Assembly (NCBI RefSeq): GCF_001949145.1
Contig: NW_019091355.1
Location: forward strand, 3,020,646 to 3,084,645
Source of the DNA: Acanthaster planci
Taxonomy: Eukaryota
Length of the DNA stretch: 64,000 nt
Direction: 5' to 3'
Below are positions 56,407 to 64,000 of the stretch, piece after piece. Under the pieces are notes generated by a model. That model made no database searches. It was not told the origin of the DNA and saw only the letters and a list, made by a program, of their open reading frames with translations. The stretch's first letter is position 1; every line of letters starts with the position of its first letter. A program made the position numbers and the translations under genes.

Positions 56407-59400
56407 AGAGCAGTAGAGGCCTGTAGTGAGGTATCAATACTCACGATCAGAGCGCCACGACGCGGCATCACGGAATACTTTGTGTTAGATTAGGGGCAAA
56501 AAACAATTACGAGTGGTTTCATACAACAGGCGTCTCGCTGGTTGCATGTCCACACCTTGCAACTGTGAACCGAACTTCGGAAGTTTTGAAATGAACCTCA
56601 AATACGACAGTTGGAGGAGAAAAAAGGTAACACCCGAACCACTCATAGGTCAGAAAAGATATGCAGCGAATGTATGCAATGTACATAAAGTGGATGAAGT
56701 CAATCTTGTTGAATAAAAACATTTAAATCGAACGCGACACCTCAAAATATTATCTAGACGAGTACATTTTGTATTGTATTTTGAACTTGTGTGTTTGTTG
56801 CAGAGCACTTGACTTGTTGCGGCACGTTTGCGTTACATATTACATGTAATTGTACCCACAGACCAGCTGCAAAGAAACAAAAATCCGACGGAGGCATAAT
56901 TATGTCATTTCTAAAACTTTACTGCCGCTAGGCCTTCAGGTGCTTTAATAGAATTTGCATACGCACAATTTGACTTATACTGTCATGGTACATGTCAGAT
57001 TTTGGATTATTTCCATCGCATGGAAGATGGCGGCACACCATCAGTGCTATGAATTACGCAAATGTGTCCATGTTGGGAATGAATGCACCACTGGATAGTC
57101 GTACGGAACTCTAAAAAAACTGGTGCATCTAGAACACAAGACGTTGTCCTGCTTTTTTACTCTTGTAATTTGAAGACTCGCTTTGCAAAACACGGAGGTG
57201 TGGCCTTGTTACGTCGTCAGCAAACATGAACGTCCGTTAAACACCGATTGTTTCACTGTATTGATTGTATTCCAGCCAGATTAATTTGCCCATTCGTTGT
57301 CTGTAAAATGCAGTTGGATACATAACGCCGGTTTGTTGTGGAGTTCCTCCATGGTCAAAAAGTGTATTGATCATTTTTTTTTCACCCTGGTCAATCTACT
57401 AGCACATTTCAGTGATGCATTTCCAGTGTCATTCAAGATACGCATCTGCGATCTGAATTAGTACCATTTTCGAGAGAATAAAAAAGGCACATCAAGCCAC
57501 GGGCTATATCCAAATTAATATGCTACGGTTCGTTGTGTGTTGATCATTCTTCGGTCTCTTCCTGCCCATGTGAAATCAATGGAGTGCCCCGAGCACTTGC
57601 ATAAATTGGACGATGCTCCCAACATGAACTGGTTTCAGCAATCAATTTAACACATGTCTTTGACTGAGAGAACGGAATTCGTGCGCTGTGTTGTTTCCGC
57701 TTTTCTCCATTTACTATACACCATTCAATTAAGGTAACGTTCCAATTACATGTATACATGGAGTTCGAAAAATATCCGGAAAGAGTTTCATTTACGGACA
57801 ATACTAATTTTCCCTTAAAATGTTATAACAACCATCAGAAAGTGATAACATGTCCTACAAAGTGAAATTTAGCTGAGAAAGTTTCGAAGCATTTACTTAG
57901 AAAACACTTGTGTTTTTTCAGACAAGTCTCATGGGTCACATCAAGTGTTGCCCGTATATGGAACTCTTACCAAGTGTCCAAGTATACAGACGTTTCATCA
58001 ATAATATCTTCCCGATTATATGTGTTTCTGTCACCGTCAAAATATACATGTAACGTCAAATAGATTCTACTTCCCATGAGTACCACCATCTCTTTAAAGT
58101 TAATGCGTATGCCATGTACATGTACTTGTACAACGAAACATTCCAACCCATAACGCATAAGAGGCGCCGGCATTCACAATTGGACACAAACCTTCAACTA
58201 TTAAACATGTACAAAGGTAAATCTGTCTAATGACAGTTCTAATAAGTTTGACTTAACACTAGACAAGTGGTTTGTAATGATCACATGCAGTGTTGATGCA
58301 TTTCTGACATGCACTTACCAGCATTGTTGCGTGGATGCTTGCTCGATTTCGCCTTCATCCTCTGACGTGGAGCGTTGTCTCCGGGTCGGTCCCGGCAACC
58401 GGTGATACCGAGCGTAGCTTCCAGATTCCGTGGGCGATTTCCAGCCGGTTTACCCCCCGCCAAACCGTCGGAGCACTCGGTGGAAAGCTCCCTTCCCAAA
58501 AGACGGAATGCTTAAAAAACAGGCAGCGAATTCCAGGGTCAACTCGCAACCAGTCGAGTGCGTGTCAATTGCGACCTACTCAGGTGTGTCAGTGAAGACC
58601 TCGCCGTGTTTTCTTTCTGCGTCTGACTCTCCCCCAATCTGAACAGACGGCAGTGGAAAGAAAAAAAAAAAAGAAATCAGCAGAGCGTATCGACTGAACT
58701 CGCACCGGGCGGAACACATTAGTCTCTGGTTTGGAGGCACGAACAGCGAACTGTAAGAACCAGTTGCGCCGTGTTCGTCTGTTATTCAGATGCGGTCCCA
58801 AAAATGTCTAAGGGCGTGTGCACACGCCAAGGAAGGGCTGAAGCTTTTCTGACACTGCGCTGTTCTGAATTCCCACCTTCCGCAGCACTTTGCCTCGTTT
58901 CCCAACGAATGCGCCAGGAAATTATCAAGTCGGAGTCGAGCCTTCGAACATATTGCAAAGCATGTGCCCTCGGGTTCAGGTGGAATCTTCACGCAAAGAA
59001 ACTTACCGAAAGATGCCAGTCGAGAATCGTGTGGCAACGCCCAGAATCCACGCAATTTATCCTGCGCGCAGTCCCCAACAGGTACCAACAACAGTGGCCA
59101 ACAAGTGCCTCATTTACCGCGGAGAGACTGTACCTTTCGCGAAATACCTTCACTGCGGCATGGCTTCCCTATTGAATATGCAATCAGATTGGGGCGAACA
59201 ATAGGCTGCGAGTTTCCAGCGAAAGGGAATAAAAGGGCACAGCACAGAGACGGTGGCATTGCCAACCAACCCATTAAATCAACAAGGCTTTTCTCAGCAT
59301 AGGGCCTACGTGGACGACAATCGTCAACATGCATATTACGCCTGCGTGGTGCGAGCTGGGGGGGGAGCCGAAAGTCTGTCTCTATACCTTAGCCCACTGT

Positions 59401-62400
59401 TCGGCTAACAAAAGGCATACATACCTGCGTGGGGCCCCAGTGGGATTTTCTCGACGACGCAGGCACATGCACACCGCACCCCGACGGTACGGAACGACGT
59501 GTTGTTTTCTTTTGTGACCAACCCGGCTGCCATCTTGGATGGAGCGGGTTAAACCTCGGCTCGCCTCGTCCGCGAATTGCGCCCCGCAAAAATCGAGTGA
59601 ACTTCTCCGCCGCCACGCACGGTATGGCCAAGACTGAGAGTGACGGTGCCGTGCGCGCGTTCTCCGGGGAAGCCCGGCCATCGTCTCCCGGCCCAGTGAA
59701 CAAGTACACAGATTGGCTTGGAGGTCTTTTTTGCTTACTCAACTCTTAAGTTCCCCAATTGACCGAGACTGCTCAAGCGTCCCCATGTTTGGGCTTTCCC
59801 CGGCACATGCTCATATTCCTCGCCATGGAACCAAACGCTCGCCGCTGCAGTTTCAGAACAAACCTCGCCCACTGGTCACAAAGTTGTAATTGATTTGTTG
59901 CGACACCCTCTGTCAGATGACATTGATGAAAATGTCAATCAAGAAAACAGATTACGGAAATAAAAATGAAATGGATTACCTTCCTGCCAATTTGTAAACT
60001 GCGTGAATTTAAAGCCAAACTAGTTTCACTACTTAAACTTGCAGATCGAAACGTTCTTTGCGTTCAATGCGTTTCTCCTCTCCACTCACAAAATGCGATA
60101 TTGTTGTTTTTCACCCCTTCTGGTACGCCAGCTTTGTCGACTTCCCCGCTGTCGCCAGTGGTTTGTGCACTGTATAGTCCGTACTCAGTTTGTTGGCCGC
60201 GGTCCCGCTTAACACCATCACTTGCGGCTTATGGCACTTCTGATCAACAAATCCTATACAGAAGCAAGGCTATTCACTACACACGACCGGACCCCTTGTT
60301 TAAAAACCGGGCCGAATGCAGCGTATAATGCCCCAAAACAGTCGCACAAGGACAGTTTTTCTTCAAATAGTAAAAATGCCGGCCAGGTTTCGGCATGATT
60401 GAAAGAAAAGCTCACTGTCGTTTGTGATCTCGACGAGGTTAAGCCATTGTGAGACCTTGCTGTTTGCCCAAAGAAAAATTGAAGCATGGTTACAATAGCT
60501 GCGTTTATTTCAGAGTTCATTTCCTCTTTCAATGATATAGCCGGGTGTTGCTGATTGAAGTTGTTGTCAATGTCAGTTTCTGCTCTCCTCCGCATGGTCA
60601 ATATTCAAGTTGTCTTCAACATTCCGCAGTGGTACGGCAGAAGTGGGAAAGAGCCACGTTCCCCGATGAGTCTCCTCCGGATTGCTCTCATATCATCCGT
60701 ATGGGTTGCCAAGTTTTGCAGAAATACCGCTCTTGGTGTCAGATTTGTACTCGAAAAAGTGCGATTTCCCTGTTCCTTGTAAAAGAAGTCGAGTTTCATT
60801 TTTGGTAATCTTGAAATAGTGTTTATTCTTTGATGGTTTGATAGCTACGAGAGATATTTTACATTTGTCTGTTGTGTTTCTTCATTTGCTTTTTATTATA
60901 CCGACAACAAGCCGCAGTTTAACCAGTTACTGGTAGGCAGAAAAAAAGACTGTGATGTAGGAAGGGCAGACTCGATTACCATCAAGGACTCCGCCCAAAC
61001 CATGAATGCTCCCGAGTGCAAAATAACATACAGTCTGTCCATGAACTGTGGTCCAGAGGGGAGCCGTTCCCTCACTGGGTGCCGGCTTTTCACGGTTCCC
61101 TTGCTGGGAAAAAATCCTAGCTTCGCCTCAGAGGTAATCTGCTCGCTGAACCGCAATCGCTTTAATACTTGTCATGCTGTGCCGATTCTTCGAATGTTCG
61201 GATATCCGATCAGTTGTCGAAGATTCGATCGGTTTTCGAATATTTAGTTTTGAAAGCTGTCGTTCGGAGGTGAGAATCGATGGAAATAAAAAGGGGGAAT
61301 CTGCTATTTTGCCACAAAATTGGATTCTAAAAGAAGGAATGTATGTCAACATGTTTCCAGTAGAAAACAAAAAGGTAGCAGAAAGCATTCGCCTCGAACA
61401 GTTTTGCGGAAGATTTTCTTTCTGACATGCCGTAAATACATATATATTTTGCTGAACTCACCAATCCGTAACTTGGCCGGGCGCTTAGGTCGCTCGAATG
61501 TGAATTCGAAGTGGTTTCTCAAGATGCGAGCCGCTTGGCGGCAAAAATCGGATTTGGAGCCCCACTGTATGCGACTTCTCATGCAGCGCATATGCAATTA
61601 ATCAAATACAAAGACAAGCGAATTGAAGGGAAAATACAAACGTATTATCATTTTCGAACTTGGAACGCTGCATCGAGGGGGAACGAACGTGGATTTTTTC
61701 CGCGTTCATCCAGAACTGAATCTGCTTGCCCTGAAGAAGGTACTCAGTTACCGAAAGCTCGGCACTCACATATTTCAGAGCTAGCACTGATTTGATATTA
61801 TATTCTTGCCGATATTGTGGCGTATTGTTTGTTCACAGTGCTTTTCGTATCCGTTGACTCATTTCAATGCAAATCTTCCAGTTGGTTCCGTTGTTTCCAC
61901 CAAGGACACAAATTTGGCCAAGTTTCATATGCTGTCTGTCCTTCTTTCGTTTTAGCCGGGGTATACCGATCCTTGAGAGGCTGAAAAACTCTATGGGGGG
62001 ATTAGCTTTTAATCTTCTCTAACGACAAATAAAGGGACTTTGAGAACTGTCAGGGATTAAGATTTGAACTATCAAAAATCGGCATACTTTACATCAGCGA
62101 GTACTGGGCCGGTGTGGATCATTTTTTTACGGCGGAGAAGTAACTCCTAATGTTGAATATTCTGGTAAAAGTATCCGCCATTGCAGTGGTGACGTCACTA
62201 ATCACGTCACAACTTGCCGTATCCAGGTCTACGGTCGGTAGGGGAATAATTGGTAGTTTCATCTGAGCAATGACTGCCGATTCTGTAATCCGAATCATTT
62301 AAAAAAAAGTCAAAACGTCCCACAGGGAGGGACATCAACAAGATAGTTCAGCGTTGACTTATCAGAAATGGTGACGAATATCAAGGAAAGCCGCGCTACA

Positions 62401-63377
62401 ATCGTAGTGTCGTACTTATCCAGCAAACAAGTACCCTGTCCTTGACCAATTTGTGAAAAGCTACCCACAAGACCAGGTACTAGGTTTGTACTGTGACTGC
62501 AGTGCACTATATGGGCCGGTTCCACACTTAGAATGGTTCCCCCCCCCAACTGATCTCATCCAAAGTGGATTTCTGGACACAAAAAACAGAGGTCACGGCG
62601 AATGGCACCAGCGTCAAATAATTCCCTTGGCGAAATAGGAATCATACAAAAGCATTAATTTGCACGCACAGTCGGCTGAATTTACCTGTATATCCACGCA
62701 GCCTTGAACTTTTGAGGGTACGCCCCCCAAAAATACCTGCGCTGTCCTCTTTTGAAAAGTGCAGGACCCCTGGCATTTACAAGAACGAAATGGCACCCAC
62801 TGTCGTGCCATTGAATCCCAGCTAGTCATTGCGATCATGGTGTAAACAAAAATTGCTCGCTTTATTGTTGGTGTGTGTGACGGAAAAAAACGGGGAAAAA
62901 TCCGTAAGGGCTGCCGGGAAGTTTTTGTTCAGCCCCATGAAAATGAGTTTGCTGTACATTCCGTTTGCGCCAGAGTTCTGAAAACCGGCAGCCCGTCCGA
63001 CTGTCCGACTTGGCTACTTGGTTCTTAGGGGCCGGTGACAGGAAGCAGTAGCCTGACGTCTGATTTGTTTTGTCCCCGGACATCGGGTGACAGGATTTGA
63101 CAACCCCTGCACCTGGGCGACCCCTTTTTCTTTGATCGTATTGCTGTCCACTTCTTCCTGACGACCCCCTTCGGGCTATAGCGTTTGTTTTCTATTCCAT
63201 ATATCGGAAGTCAGGAAAAGCAGAGTGTAATCCGCCTTGAGCAAAAGTACCCCTCATCGGTTGAAAAGAGCAATGTTAGTGGGGAGTGTTCGTTTTGTTC
63301 GTTGCGACGCGTACGCGTCGCTTGCTTCTCATAGTCGTTCGTAGAACTAGCGAAGTGAAGTTCCTACAAGACACCAA

Positions 63378-63788
63378 GGTCGAATTCGGGCGGCCTGTTC
63401 TTGACACGGGTTTCTTGTTCTCGCGCTCGAACGGCGGGGACATGACTCAAGAACACTGTTCTCAGAACNATTCTGATTTTTGAACAGCTGCAAAAGTAGA
63501 GAGATGGCTTCCAAAGCCATAGAAAATGGGAAGTTTGGCAAAATTAACATTAATTATTTTCCGTAACACAGAAATAAATGTTCCTGTCTATATAGAAAAA
63601 AAATTCAGCCCATCCAAATATCAACTCTCGAATAACGTAGCCTACATGGACGCCGCCACGTTGAATGTTGCTTGTCACTAACTACCAGCGATAACCAGTT
63701 GTTTGTTCCTGGCGCTCGAGCGGCCGACCCGCGAACAACAAATCGACCTGTTCGTAAACACACGGGAACAAGCCGTCCGAACTCGACC
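63378..63788. mobile_element. MITE with GG...CC ends (PIF/Harbinger-like)
   Basis: TIRs GGTCGAATTCGGGCGGCCTGTTC / GAACAAGCCGTCCGAACTCGACC; flanked by CAA on both sides. Confidence 0.55.
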
Positions 63789-64000
63789 CAAAAAAGCGTC
63801 CGTTGCTAGGAAAATTGCGCCCTCTCTTAGTCCCACTCGAAGCCCACACAGTTATCTATAGAAAATGTCACACGTTCATGTAAATCGCATAGGTAACGCT
63901 GTACATGCTTTATAGCTTACAGTCACTTCGCCCCATTTTCACTCCCCCCCCCGTCCGTAATAGTCATCAATTATCAAATGGTCGAGAGAGGAATTCCACA

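Noticed and set aside
58280..59750. Cluster of overlapping 70-134 aa ORFs as a coding gene
   Set aside because: Several frames on both strands are open because of GC richness; none shows a domain or a consistent exon structure.

Overview
Eukaryotic (animal) genomic DNA with spliceosomal GT-AG introns. It is not prokaryotic: I see no operons, CRISPR arrays, rRNA/tRNA genes or intact transposase/RT ORFs. Two convergent multi-exon genes can be reconstructed by hand, both in frame across every junction. (1) On the + strand, MELK (AMPK-related kinase with kinase, UBA, TP-rich and KA1 regions). It has 12 coding exons from 563 to the stop at 23576 (641 aa); the kinase N-terminal exons lie upstream of the window. 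(2) On the - strand, an atypical paired-box gene from ATG 50484 to either TAA 42585 (706 aa) or TGA 32544 (931 aa). It has Pax2/5/8-type paired-box exons of 166 and 198 nt, but also a ~325-aa N-terminal extension with CtBP-type PxDLS motifs and a Cys cluster. Its recognition helix is substituted, and I see no octapeptide or homeodomain. The tail-to-tail MELK/Pax arrangement mirrors human MELK-PAX5 and suggests ancient microsynteny. The rest is intronic/intergenic DNA with many short non-autonomous DNA transposons (MITEs), small tandem repeats, abundant TACATGTA motifs and one 59-nt assembly gap. The organism is probably a marine invertebrate (the repeat style is reminiscent of echinoderms), but that is a weak inference.
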